56,238 nt of DNA from Candidatus Aminicenantes bacterium (lineage in GTDB: Bacteria > Acidobacteriota > Aminicenantia > Aminicenantales > UBA4085), in contig JAFGEN010000136.1 in NCBI GenBank assembly GCA_016931595.1, forward strand, positions 1 to 56,238, given 5' to 3'. This document shows positions 35,120 through 44,359 of the stretch, piece after piece (position 1 is the stretch's first letter; the number at the start of each line of letters is the position of its first letter). The position numbers were made by a program, and so were the translations under genes. The notes under the pieces are model-generated. The model saw only the letters and a list, made by a program, of their open reading frames with translations. It was not told where the DNA came from and did no database searches.

Positions 35120-36538
35120 ATGAAGATCGCGTTCGTCGTTTCCGAGGCGGTTCCCTACGTCAAGACCGGGGGGTTGGCCGACGTGGCCGCTGCGCTTCCC
35201 CGAGCCCTTATCCGGGCCGGGCATGAGGTGCTCCTGGTCATTCCCCTCTACCGGATCATTCGGGACAGGGTCGGGCCCCTCTCCCTTCGGGCCGCGGCAG
35301 GCACGGGTCTACCGGCTGTCTTCGAGGATCGCGGCGCTGATGTTCCGGCCTTGTTTCTGGAGAACGAGACCTGGTTCGGCCGTGGTCATCTCTACGGAAC
35401 GTCCGCGGGCGAGGACCCGCAGAACGGCGACCGCTTCGCCTGGTTCTGCCGGGCCGCTCTCCTGACGATGCGGCGTCTCGGGTTCAATCCCGAGATCGTC
35501 CACCTCCATGACTGGCAGAGCGCGGCGGCCGCTGTGTACCTGCGGTTCGTCTTCGACCGGGACCCGGTTTTCCGGGACGTCCGGTCCGTTTTCACCATCC
35601 ATAACCTGGCCTATCAAGGCCTCGGCGACCCCGGGCTCCTCGACCGGGCCGGATGGCCCGAGGATCTTTTCCGGACAGAGGAGATGGAGTTCCACGGCCG
35701 GGTGAGCTTATTGAAGGCCGGGATTCTGTACGCCGATGCGGTCACGACGGTCAGCCCACGGTACGCCCGGGAGATCCAAACTCCGGAGTTCGGCTGCGGC
35801 TTGGACGGCTTGCTCCGGGCTCGTGGCCCGCGGCTGAAAGGGATCCTCAATGGAATTGACGAGGATTCGTGGAACCCCCAAACAGACCCGGAGATCGCCC
35901 GCCGATTCGGTCCGGACGACCTCTCGGGAAAGATGGACTGCAAGACCGACCTCCTGGCGGCATTCGGAATGGCCGGCCCCGCCGATGAACCGGTCATCGG
36001 CCTGGTTTCCCGGCTGGCCGGCCAGAAGGGCCTCGACCTCGCCGCCGAGGCAGTCGATGACCTCGTTTCCCTCGGCGTCCGGCTGGTCGTCCTCGGCGAA
36101 GGCGAGGCTCCCATCGAACGGCTTCTTCGATCCGCCCGGAAACGGCATCCCGGAACAATCGGGTTGAAAATCGGCTATGACGACCGGCTGGCAAGAAAAA
36201 TCTTTGCCGGAAGCGACCTCTTCCTGATCCCTTCACGCTACGAGCCCTGCGGCCTGACCCAGATGTATGCCCAAAGATACGGCTCGATCCCCGTCGTCCG
36301 GGCGGTTGGGGGGTTGGACGACACGGTGGATGAATACCAGCCGGAGACAGGAGAGGGAACGGGATTCAAATTCGATGAAGCCACGCCGGCCGCTCTTACC
36401 GGCGCCGTACGCCGGGCTCTGAAGGCCTGGAGCAATTCGGCCGCCCTGAGAACGCTCCGGCGAAAGGGCATGACCCGGGATTTTTCCTGGAAACGGCCGG
36501 CCGAGGCTTACGCGGAGCTTTACCGGTCCCTTCGATGA
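35120..36538 (+). CDS. glgA: Glycogen synthase (GT5)
   Basis: Canonical N-terminus MKIAFVVSEAVPYVKTGGLADV, followed by HDWQ, NGID...WNP and a PSRYEPCGL motif. Confidence 0.9.
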   Translation: MKIAFVVSEAVPYVKTGGLADVAAALPRALIRAGHEVLLVIPLYRIIRDRVGPLSLRAAAGTGLPAVFEDRGADVPALFLENETWFGRGHLYGTSAGEDPQNGDRFAWFCRAALLTMRRLGFNPEIVHLHDWQSAAAAVYLRFVFDRDPVFRDVRSVFTIHNLAYQGLGDPGLLDRAGWPEDLFRTEEMEFHGRVSLLKAGILYADAVTTVSPRYAREIQTPEFGCGLDGLLRARGPRLKGILNGIDEDSWNPQTDPEIARRFGPDDLSGKMDCKTDLLAAFGMAGPADEPVIGLVSRLAGQKGLDLAAEAVDDLVSLGVRLVVLGEGEAPIERLLRSARKRHPGTIGLKIGYDDRLARKIFAGSDLFLIPSRYEPCGLTQMYAQRYGSIPVVRAVGGLDDTVDEYQPETGEGTGFKFDEATPAALTGAVRRALKAWSNSAALRTLRRKGMTRDFSWKRPAEAYAELYRSLR

Positions 36539-36552
36539 GACTGACAAACGGC

Positions 36553-37419
36553 TTAAAAGAGCTTGATCTTGAATCCAAGCGCCGCCGTAAATCCGGTCAG
36601 GCCGAGTCGGGCAGGCCTGACATTCGTCACCTCGGAATCCGCAACGGGTTCTTCTTCGCCGAAGATGATCTGGTCATAGACCAGGCCGCCGGTGTTCCAT
36701 TCGTAGAACCAGATCTGTCCACCGGAACCGGTCGTTTTCTGGTTTTCGAAGATATCCCCGGCTAGGGTTTCCGACCAATCCCCGGTGAAACCCGAAACCG
36801 ATGCCACCCGGCCGGAGAGAGCGAGGAGTATGGAGAACTTCGGGTCGATCACCCATTCTACATTCAGGCCGCCCTGGACCCCGAAGCCAGCTTTCGAAGC
36901 GTTGAAATCGTAGACTCCGCTCCCGTTGAAACCAAGGACGCTGAAATCCTGGCGGTAGGAGAAGTCCAGGCCGGTGAGATAGACGCCCGCTCCGGCATAA
37001 AGGTCGAGGCTGACCGGTCCGAACCAGGGGAAGGAATAATGGAGGTTGGCGGTGATCGGGATGACCTTGTACTTCGGAGTGACGGTTTCCCGGACATCGA
37101 TCAACCCCAAGATCGGATAGGAGGCCTGGGTTTGTTTCATGTGCTCGAAGTACCCGGCTCCGATTCCCAGGGCGAAATGATCGGTGAAATGATAGAGCAA
37201 TTCCCCGTTGACCTGAAAACCCCAGATGGGTGAGGCCAGCTCCCCTTCGGCCCCGAACTCGTCGAGGAGGAAGGCGCTCTGTCCCTTGAGGCCCCGGGTG
37301 ATGTCTCCCCCGGCGGCGTAATTGAGGCCTCCGGACAGATGGAAGCTCACCCTGGTCTCGGCCGCGGAAACCGCGACGAGAACCGGGATCAAGAGGAGGG
37401 GAAGGAGAATGCGTTTCAT
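36553..37419 (-). CDS. Outer membrane beta-barrel protein (porin-family-like)
   Basis: Signal peptide MKRILLPLLLIPVLVAVSAA, alternating beta-strand pattern, and C-terminal ...GFKIKLF ending in Phe. The 529-aa track ORF is an over-extension. Confidence 0.6.
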   Translation of the reverse strand: MKRILLPLLLIPVLVAVSAAETRVSFHLSGGLNYAAGGDITRGLKGQSAFLLDEFGAEGELASPIWGFQVNGELLYHFTDHFALGIGAGYFEHMKQTQASYPILGLIDVRETVTPKYKVIPITANLHYSFPWFGPVSLDLYAGAGVYLTGLDFSYRQDFSVLGFNGSGVYDFNASKAGFGVQGGLNVEWVIDPKFSILLALSGRVASVSGFTGDWSETLAGDIFENQKTTGSGGQIWFYEWNTGGLVYDQIIFGEEEPVADSEVTNVRPARLGLTGFTAALGFKIKLF

Positions 37420-37465
37420 GTGGGATTCCTTTCTCGGACTAAGATAAAGGGAATCAGGGCGAAAA

Positions 37466-38533
37466 TCAACTGCGGCGAAGGGACGCAGCCGCTTGCTCGG
37501 GAAGCACCGGATTGATGAAACAACCCGTCCCCCACTCGAATCCCGCGACCGCTCCCAGGACGGGAAGGATTTCAAAGCGCCAATGGACGAACCTGGAAAC
37601 ATGTTGGTCGTTCTCGTCTCCGGTCCGCAGGACCGGGGCCTGGCGGAGAACGAGATGGTATGACGGGTCGCCGGCCGAAACCCGAAGCCGACGGAGCACC
37701 TCCCGCATCGTCCGGGCCAGGGGGATAATCTCTCCGTCGGAGATGTCGGAGAATGACGCGGCGTGGCGGCGGGGCAGGATGTGTGTTTCGTACGAGAAGC
37801 GCGAGGCGAACGGCGCCAGGGCGACGAATTCTCGGCCGGCCCAAACCAGGCGAGGGCCGGGTTCCTCGTCGGCGATGAACCGGCAGGCGAAACAGGCGCC
37901 GGCGGATATTCCCCTGCGGACCATGAACGCCGCTTCCGCCGCGACCTGGCCGGGCACGACGGGCAAGGCCAGAATCTGGGTGTGAGGGTGGCAAAGCGAA
38001 GCCCCGGCTTCGCCGCCCTTATTTTTAAAAAGCTGGATGTAGGCGATGGACGGGTCTTTTTCGATAATCCGAAGACGGTCGCGGGAGAGGGCCAGGACTT
38101 CGCCGAGATGATCAACCGGCAGGTCGGCCCAATCACGGTCATGGTCCGGTCCGTCGATGACGACCTCGTGGATGCCCAGGCCGGCCCTGGACGGTCCGCT
38201 CTCTTCTGCGGCTGTGGAAAAGAGCGGCGCGGTCGGGCGGTTCAAGGCGGGATACTTGTTGGGGACAACCCGGATCCGCCAGCCGGGTGAATCGGGAACG
38301 GACTCATTGTCCCGAAGGGACGCGACTTCCGGAGGCGTCTCCCCTTCCCGTCCCGGACAGAACGGGCAGGAATCCCGGGAACAGTCCGGCGCCGCCGCCG
38401 CTTTTTGAGCCTTGAAATCATTCGGCCTTGCGGTCCGGCCCGGCGCGAACAGAACCCAATGGCCGCCGGTTTCATCGAATCGGATCTCGTTTGCCGAACC
38501 GGGTGGTTCCAAGAAGTTGCGTTCAGAAGGCAT
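37466..38533 (-). CDS. GalT-family (HIT superfamily) hexose-1-phosphate nucleotidyltransferase / ADP-glucose phosphorylase-like enzyme
   Basis: Zinc motif CPFCPG and active-site HxHxQ (CHPHTQIL). ATG at 38533 overlaps the upstream GH57 stop by 11 nt. Confidence 0.72.
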   Translation of the reverse strand: MPSERNFLEPPGSANEIRFDETGGHWVLFAPGRTARPNDFKAQKAAAAPDCSRDSCPFCPGREGETPPEVASLRDNESVPDSPGWRIRVVPNKYPALNRPTAPLFSTAAEESGPSRAGLGIHEVVIDGPDHDRDWADLPVDHLGEVLALSRDRLRIIEKDPSIAYIQLFKNKGGEAGASLCHPHTQILALPVVPGQVAAEAAFMVRRGISAGACFACRFIADEEPGPRLVWAGREFVALAPFASRFSYETHILPRRHAASFSDISDGEIIPLARTMREVLRRLRVSAGDPSYHLVLRQAPVLRTGDENDQHVSRFVHWRFEILPVLGAVAGFEWGTGCFINPVLPEQAAASLRRS

Positions 38534-40469
38534 CGGACTCCCCTGCTTCGAAAACGAACCCGGTCCGTTCGCCCCGGCCGAGCTCGACCTCCCGGAACCA
38601 GACCAGACGGAACCCTTGGTGAATCGTGTCGAAGCCCTTTTCCGATTGGGAGAGCGTGAGGAGAGGGTGAATTCGGAGCGCGGCATCGGACGGGCCGGCC
38701 AGGAGGAAGGCGCCGCGGCAGAGGCTGACCAGGCTTCCCCGGGCCTCCATTTCCTCCGGAAGCTGGTAGAGATTCCATTCCACGGCCGTAATGAAATGCA
38801 TCCGTTCGTTCCCGTCGTTGCGGATATCGATTTCGACCCGAAACTTCCGGTCGAGGGGGATGAATTCCTTGGTCAGGGTGACCCGGCCGGATTGACGGAA
38901 GACCAGACGCTCACCTTTGATTTCGGCCGGGCCGAGTCCGCCGGCGATGTCTCCCCGGCCCTCAGCCTCACCGGAAGCGATCGCGGCCGGGTCGGTCTTC
39001 GGGTCATGAAAACGGACTACGGCCGACCTCAAGGGTCCGCGGTCCGGAACAATCAAACGTTCGGTCCCGGGCGGAAGGACTTTGGCGATCTCGTGGATGC
39101 TCCTCCCCTCCCCGGATTCATCCATGGGTTCGGATCCGGCGATCAAGTGATATGACTCACGTCTTCGGGCCAGGACGTCGGACAAGTTCCGATAAAGCCG
39201 GAAGGAATCGAGTTCGGCCAATACTCCACCGTTCTCCTGTTCAACCCAGACCCCCAGGGACCCGTTTCTCCAAGCGTATTCATCCCGCCCGTCCAGGTCC
39301 CAATCACCGGCCGTCCATCCCGACGGAGCGGGGCACATGGCTTCGGCCTTCAGAAGATGTTCCCAGGCCGCTTCCCGGAGATGCGGAAGGTACAGGCCGC
39401 CGAAAACGCCGTGCCAATAGGGGTCGTTGCCCTGGCCGCGGTAAAGCTCAGAAACGGCGGCCGGCAAACCGTGGGACCGCACTGCCCGGGAGATTCCCAG
39501 CATCCGGTCGCGAAGGCGGCGGCTTTCCGGATATTTCCGGAAAAAATCAAGAAAGGAACCGGCCCTGAGAAATCCGCGGGCCTCGGCCTCAGGGATAGAG
39601 GATTTCAACCGCCGGAAGCGGCTCTCGTCCTCCGGTTCGAGAACCCATTCCGTCATTTCTTCATAGCTGGCCGGCGGAGGATAAATCCGGGCGGCGGGCG
39701 CGCCGCTCGAGACGGCTTCGCCGAACGTCATCGTCGGAATCCGGTTGTCCTCGATGAAACGGAGGAAACGCACGAGCCAGCCTTTTTCATAAACCCAGGC
39801 CTTTGTTCCCGGCCAAACCCCGAACTTCTCCCCGTCGTCGCCCAGGACGGCCCAACCTCCGGACCTCCGAATCTCCGCGAAATAGGCGCCGATTTCCTCG
39901 AGTTCCCGGAATGGAATGAGATAACGAAGCTTCTGGTCGATCGCCAGAAGACGGAGGGGAAAACCCTGGTCCTCGGTGATATAAATGCCGCGAAGATCGG
40001 GAAGGTGCGAGGAATGAAAATGGTTTTCGTCCAGGAGGGTATATTCAATTCCGGACCGGGCCAGGTTTGAAGCCAGAGAGGGCTCCCAGACGCGCTCGGT
40101 GAGCCAGAGGCCGCGGGGCTTCCTTCCAAAATGCTTTTCCAGGTAGCCGCTCATCATTTCGACCTGACCCCGCCGGTCTTCATCGGGAATGATTGAGAGA
40201 ATCGGTTCATAAAAACCGCCGCCGAGGAGTTCCATCTGCCCCCGGGTTATCATCTCGCCCAGAAGGTCCCAGGCCTCGGGCCGTTCGTCGGCGAAGTATT
40301 CGAGGAGAGGGCCTGAATAATGGGCCGAAAACTTGACCGAGGGATGAGACCGCATGACCTTGAGAAACGGGATGTAGCAATCGTCGGCGGCCTGGTCGAA
40401 CACCCAGCCGAAATTGCCGACGGGCTGATGGTTATGAATGCCGAAAAGGAAGGCGAATTCGCGGCTCAC
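38523..40469 (-). CDS. GH57 family 4-alpha-glucanotransferase-like enzyme
   Basis: The N-terminal region (FLFGIHNHQPVGNFGWVF...HYSGPLLEY...GGGFYEPIL...WLTERVWEP...KLRYLIPFR) matches my recollection of the Thermococcus-type GH57 glucanotransferase. The GTG start at 40469 overlaps the upstream TGA. Confidence 0.78.
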   Translation of the reverse strand: MSREFAFLFGIHNHQPVGNFGWVFDQAADDCYIPFLKVMRSHPSVKFSAHYSGPLLEYFADERPEAWDLLGEMITRGQMELLGGGFYEPILSIIPDEDRRGQVEMMSGYLEKHFGRKPRGLWLTERVWEPSLASNLARSGIEYTLLDENHFHSSHLPDLRGIYITEDQGFPLRLLAIDQKLRYLIPFRELEEIGAYFAEIRRSGGWAVLGDDGEKFGVWPGTKAWVYEKGWLVRFLRFIEDNRIPTMTFGEAVSSGAPAARIYPPPASYEEMTEWVLEPEDESRFRRLKSSIPEAEARGFLRAGSFLDFFRKYPESRRLRDRMLGISRAVRSHGLPAAVSELYRGQGNDPYWHGVFGGLYLPHLREAAWEHLLKAEAMCPAPSGWTAGDWDLDGRDEYAWRNGSLGVWVEQENGGVLAELDSFRLYRNLSDVLARRRESYHLIAGSEPMDESGEGRSIHEIAKVLPPGTERLIVPDRGPLRSAVVRFHDPKTDPAAIASGEAEGRGDIAGGLGPAEIKGERLVFRQSGRVTLTKEFIPLDRKFRVEIDIRNDGNERMHFITAVEWNLYQLPEEMEARGSLVSLCRGAFLLAGPSDAALRIHPLLTLSQSEKGFDTIHQGFRLVWFREVELGRGERTGFVFEAGESDAF

Positions 40470-41812
40470 GCGCCCGCCTTTCCCGGCCGGACCTGGGCCG
40501 GGACGGGAAGGCCCTTGGCCCGGTAGGCGGCGGCGAGATAAGAATGGAACAGCTCTTGAAACTCGGGGTGTTCCTCGCCCCGCCACCAGAACCAATCCGA
40601 ACCTTCGGCGATCAGGATCTCCTCGATCGGGCCGCAGGCGGCCCGGGCCCGGCTGAGAAGAGTCCAGCCCTCGTTTTTAGCCTGGCTTCCGATCCACTTG
40701 GAAAAATCGCCGAGCCAGGTGCCGGAGGCCAGGTCGATGTCGGGAAGAGGGTTGCCCCGATCGGCCAGGATTTCTCCGAAAAAGGAAGGAGTGAGGCCTT
40801 CCGTCCGGAGCATTGTTTCATAGAAAGCCCGCAGGAAGGGGACGCCGTTCTCGGCATAGCAGCCCCATGGATTTTCGCCGTCAAGGGCCAGGACCAGCAT
40901 GTCCTCCGGGTCGTCCGTGCGACGTTCCGAGATTCGTCGGACCAGGTCGGCGGCGGCCTCGCCGGGAGCCCAGCCGTTATACTCGAACCCGATCAGGTCG
41001 GATAGTCCCCGGTCACGAAAAAATATCGGCAGCCCTTCGCTCCGGTAGGGGGTCCGGAAGAGGTCGGAGTCCGGCGCGACCTTCATGCTTTTCCAGAGAA
41101 CGCTTTCATCCGTCACGGCGAAGGGAAATCCGGCGTCGGCCGCCAACCGGGCCACGGCCGGGCTGATCCCTCCCTCGGAAGGCCAGAGGCCGGCCGGGCG
41201 AAAACCGAACAGCCCGTCGAAATAGGCTCGGGCCGATTGAAGGTGTGTCCGGGCGTCTTCGGGATAGCGGAAGGATTCCCCGGGAAGGACGAGGCCGTCG
41301 GCCGAGGCCAGATCGCAAATGAGCGGGGTCAAGGGATGATAGTATGGTGTGACGGTCAGCTCGATCTGTCCCGCCCGGGCGGCCCGGCCGTAATTGTCCA
41401 GAAGAGAAACAGCCACGCTTTTTTGTTTTTCCAGAAGCTCCTCTCTTCCGGCGGGAAGAGAATCGACCGGGGAAAGAAAAGAGCGCAAGGCGGACAATTG
41501 GATGTCGGCGGGGCTTCTTTCTTCGGGAGCGAACGGCTGCAGGAGAGCCAGGTCCGCCTCGGTCAACCGGTCGGGCGTCTTTTCCAGGGCGGATTGAACC
41601 GGATCGTTCGCCGTCCCCTCGGCGTAGTCGCGGATCTGCTCGAGGAGGCAGGGGACCACGTTCAGGGTGCAGGGGTATCCCGTCTCCTGGGCGATTCGGA
41701 GCATTTGATGGTAGTTTTTCAGATGAAAATCGACCCAGGGTAGAACGTAGTCCTTCGTCCCGGGCTTCCGGTAGACCGGCTGATGGAGATGCCAGAGGAT
41801 CGCGACGCGCAT
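40466..41812 (-). CDS. GH57 family glycoside hydrolase (amylase or branching-enzyme-like)
   Basis: GH57 N-terminus MRVAILWHLHQPVYR...VLPWVDFH, plus TVTPYYHPL and WPSEGG segments. Confidence 0.75.
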   Translation of the reverse strand: MRVAILWHLHQPVYRKPGTKDYVLPWVDFHLKNYHQMLRIAQETGYPCTLNVVPCLLEQIRDYAEGTANDPVQSALEKTPDRLTEADLALLQPFAPEERSPADIQLSALRSFLSPVDSLPAGREELLEKQKSVAVSLLDNYGRAARAGQIELTVTPYYHPLTPLICDLASADGLVLPGESFRYPEDARTHLQSARAYFDGLFGFRPAGLWPSEGGISPAVARLAADAGFPFAVTDESVLWKSMKVAPDSDLFRTPYRSEGLPIFFRDRGLSDLIGFEYNGWAPGEAAADLVRRISERRTDDPEDMLVLALDGENPWGCYAENGVPFLRAFYETMLRTEGLTPSFFGEILADRGNPLPDIDLASGTWLGDFSKWIGSQAKNEGWTLLSRARAACGPIEEILIAEGSDWFWWRGEEHPEFQELFHSYLAAAYRAKGLPVPAQVRPGKAGA

Positions 41813-41855
41813 GGTCAGATTCCTTCTTCCGAAGACAGATTCCGGAACGGCCGCA

Positions 41856-42365
41856 TCACGATCCGCCGGCCGCTTGGGGGTGTGTTTTTGATTTGAAAAA
41901 AAGCCAATTCTTGTCCTTGGGGTCTTTCGGTTTCAGTTTCAGGAGGATATACGAGCCGCTCAGCTTTGTCCCCGAGATGTCGATGATCCGCTTGGTTTCC
42001 GTCGTCTCCAGGGCCCGGTAGGTCCCCCGGTCCCAGATTTCGACCGTTCCGGCGCCGTATTCTCCCTTGGGAATCACGCCTTCAAAGGCGGCGTAGTCCA
42101 GCGGGTGATCCTCGACCTGGACAGCCAACCGCCTGAGGCCTTCGATTTCCGGAGGTTCCTTGGGAACGGCCCAGCTTCTGAGCACCCCCCCCTCCTCCAA
42201 CCGCAGGTCCCAGTGCAGATGGGAGGCCTGGTGTTTTTGAATGACATACAATTGACCGCGGCTCTCCCGGACAACGGGCTTTTTCGGGGATTCCGGCGTT
42301 TCGTGTCCCCCCGGTTCGGGAGTCCGGTCGAACCGCCGTTTATCCCGGTATTGTTTCAAACCCAT
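41856..42365 (-). CDS. Stand-alone LigD-type 3'-phosphoesterase (PE) domain protein
   Basis: YRDKRRFDRTPEP, VIQKHQASHLHWDLRLE, VLRSWAVPK, VEDHPLDY and GEYGAGTVEIWDRGTY are hallmark motifs of the LigD phosphoesterase domain. Confidence 0.8.
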   Translation of the reverse strand: MGLKQYRDKRRFDRTPEPGGHETPESPKKPVVRESRGQLYVIQKHQASHLHWDLRLEEGGVLRSWAVPKEPPEIEGLRRLAVQVEDHPLDYAAFEGVIPKGEYGAGTVEIWDRGTYRALETTETKRIIDISGTKLSGSYILLKLKPKDPKDKNWLFFKSKTHPQAAGGS

Positions 42366-42407
42366 GTTCGGTCCTCGCAGTCCCCGGCCGCTTCCGACGC
42401 GTCCGAC

Positions 42408-43499
42408 TCAGCGATGGAGGAAACAGCGTTCGCAGTCGATTTCGCCCGGTTTCCGAGTGACGATCATGGCCAGGCCGAGCTCATCGGCCCGGGAGATGAC
42501 CTCCTGATCACGGACCGAGCCCAGCGGGTAAATGATTGCGGACAGGCCGGTTTTTCCGGCCAGCTCGACGACGTCGGGGAAAGGCATGAACGCGTCGGAG
42601 GCCAACACGCACCCGTCCGGCCCGTAGCCCCGGCGCGAGATCCGGATCGCATCTTCAGCTGAATCGATCCGGCTTCTCTGGCCCGAGCCGATCCCGTGAA
42701 TCCGGTCCCTGGTCCCGATGACGACGGCATTGCTCCGGGTGTATGCGGCGACGTTCCAGGCCAGGAGGGCGGCTTGAACCTCGTTGTCGCTCGGCTTGCG
42801 CCGGGAGACGACGTCGATATCGGCCGGAGAGACAATCTTCGAGTCGAAGCGTTTCTGGACAAGCAGGCCGCCGGACACCCGCTTGACTTCAAGGCCGTTG
42901 TCCTCGGCCGGGTCGGTCATCGATCCGCCCATCCGGACGACCCTGAGCGGTTTGCGGGAAGCAAGAATTTCCAGGACGCCTTCCTCAAACCCGGGAGCGT
43001 ATACGACTTCGATATTGCGGGGACTTTCCACCAAAAGCCTCGCGACCGCCGGAGTGACCGGAACGTTGAAGACGTCGACCGAACCGAAGTTGGAAAGCGA
43101 ATCCGCGTTCCAGGCCTTTTCAAAGGTTTCCAGGAGGTCGTCGCCCAGGGCCACGCCGCTGGGAATTTCATGCTTGATCAGAACGACGGCTGTTTTTCCG
43201 GGGAATACGGCCGTCAGCTTCCGGGCCAGGCGCTGGCCGAGGTCCATATCTCCGACATTGATATAGCCCAGGCCCTTGGATCCCTCCTGGAGGACCTCGA
43301 GAGTGGCCATGTTCGGACCGGAAGCGCCTTCCTCGGCGTAGAATGCGGCCGGATAACCCGGATTTTCGCCGTAGCGCATGGACATGCGTTTGCGAAATTG
43401 CCCGGAGCCGAATGGAAGGATTTCGGGAAAATCCTCCTTGACCTTGGTGAAGTACTGCTTTCGGGCGGCTTTGTCGGGGCTGTCTTTCTCAGGGCTCAT
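42408..43499 (-). CDS. AICAR formyltransferase (PurH C-terminal domain only, no IMP cyclohydrolase/MGS domain)
   Basis: RYGENPGYPAAFY, VLIKHEIPSGVA, GGLLVQ, GIGSGQRSRIDS and ASDAFMPFPD align with the AICARFT half of PurH. At 363 aa it is too short to contain the IMPCH half. Confidence 0.8.
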   Translation of the reverse strand: MSPEKDSPDKAARKQYFTKVKEDFPEILPFGSGQFRKRMSMRYGENPGYPAAFYAEEGASGPNMATLEVLQEGSKGLGYINVGDMDLGQRLARKLTAVFPGKTAVVLIKHEIPSGVALGDDLLETFEKAWNADSLSNFGSVDVFNVPVTPAVARLLVESPRNIEVVYAPGFEEGVLEILASRKPLRVVRMGGSMTDPAEDNGLEVKRVSGGLLVQKRFDSKIVSPADIDVVSRRKPSDNEVQAALLAWNVAAYTRSNAVVIGTRDRIHGIGSGQRSRIDSAEDAIRISRRGYGPDGCVLASDAFMPFPDVVELAGKTGLSAIIYPLGSVRDQEVISRADELGLAMIVTRKPGEIDCERCFLHR

Positions 43500-44231
43500 T
43501 CAGCGGTTCCTTTCATGACGGTTGATGATGGACACGGCCGTGAGCGACGTCTCGGTCCTAGAAACAAAAACACAGGCCACGGCGACGCGGAAATCTCCGG
43601 CCCGCCCGTCCGGCCCGAGGGCTTCATAAAACTCGGCCGCGGTTTCTTCGGCCGAGCTCTTGAGCAGCTGCAGCGGCAGGGGTTCGCCCGAAAAGACCGG
43701 CAGGGGATTTTTGTTGGGCCCGGCATACGTTGCGACCATTTCGGCTTGTCCGGGCCGGAGTCGCCACTCGTAGAACGCCCGCCGCGGGGCGCCGTCTTCG
43801 GACCGCTTGATCAAGCTCAGCGCGGCCCGGCCATCCGGCCCGACGAGTCCGCTGATGCGGGGAGTGAAGATCGGCTCATCCGGCTCATAGGACCAGGCCC
43901 GAAGGGCGGATTCAAGAGCGGGGACGAGGGGGCCGGCTTCGGACCGGACGACGTCTTCCGTCTGTTTGCCGTTGCTGACCGCGATTCGATCCTCCAAGAT
44001 CACCGCCGGGTAAACGAGCAGATCGGGATTGCCGGTTTTCAACACCTCGGGATCGGTCGGCTTGGTCACGATCGCCCGACCTTCCCTCTCCAGGCGGCGG
44101 GCCTGGCTGGAAGGCGAGCGCCCGGTGACCGCATAAACGACGACGTCGAAGGCATCGGCTTGGTCGCGGCCGATGACGATCACCCGGCCGGGGTATTCCA
44201 TGTTCCTCAGGGCGGAAAGGGGATGGGACAT
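43500..44231 (-). CDS. PurO-like (archaeal-type) IMP cyclohydrolase candidate
   Basis: The N-terminal pattern YPGRVIVIGRD...VVYAVTGRSPSSQAR resembles PurO (Y.GR..V.G....Y.VSSRS). The gene abuts the AICARFT gene with no gap. Confidence 0.55.
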   Translation of the reverse strand: MSHPLSALRNMEYPGRVIVIGRDQADAFDVVVYAVTGRSPSSQARRLEREGRAIVTKPTDPEVLKTGNPDLLVYPAVILEDRIAVSNGKQTEDVVRSEAGPLVPALESALRAWSYEPDEPIFTPRISGLVGPDGRAALSLIKRSEDGAPRRAFYEWRLRPGQAEMVATYAGPNKNPLPVFSGEPLPLQLLKSSAEETAAEFYEALGPDGRAGDFRVAVACVFVSRTETSLTAVSIINRHERNR

Positions 44232-44359
44232 CGTGTTCGCTCTCTCTTTCTTTTCAGCCGGAAAAAAGTATCACACGCACCCCGGGATGTCAAAAAGAGC
44301 GTTCGGGTCTATACATGGGATGCAAATTTGGGCTAGAATCCGACCCTGGAGAACAGATC

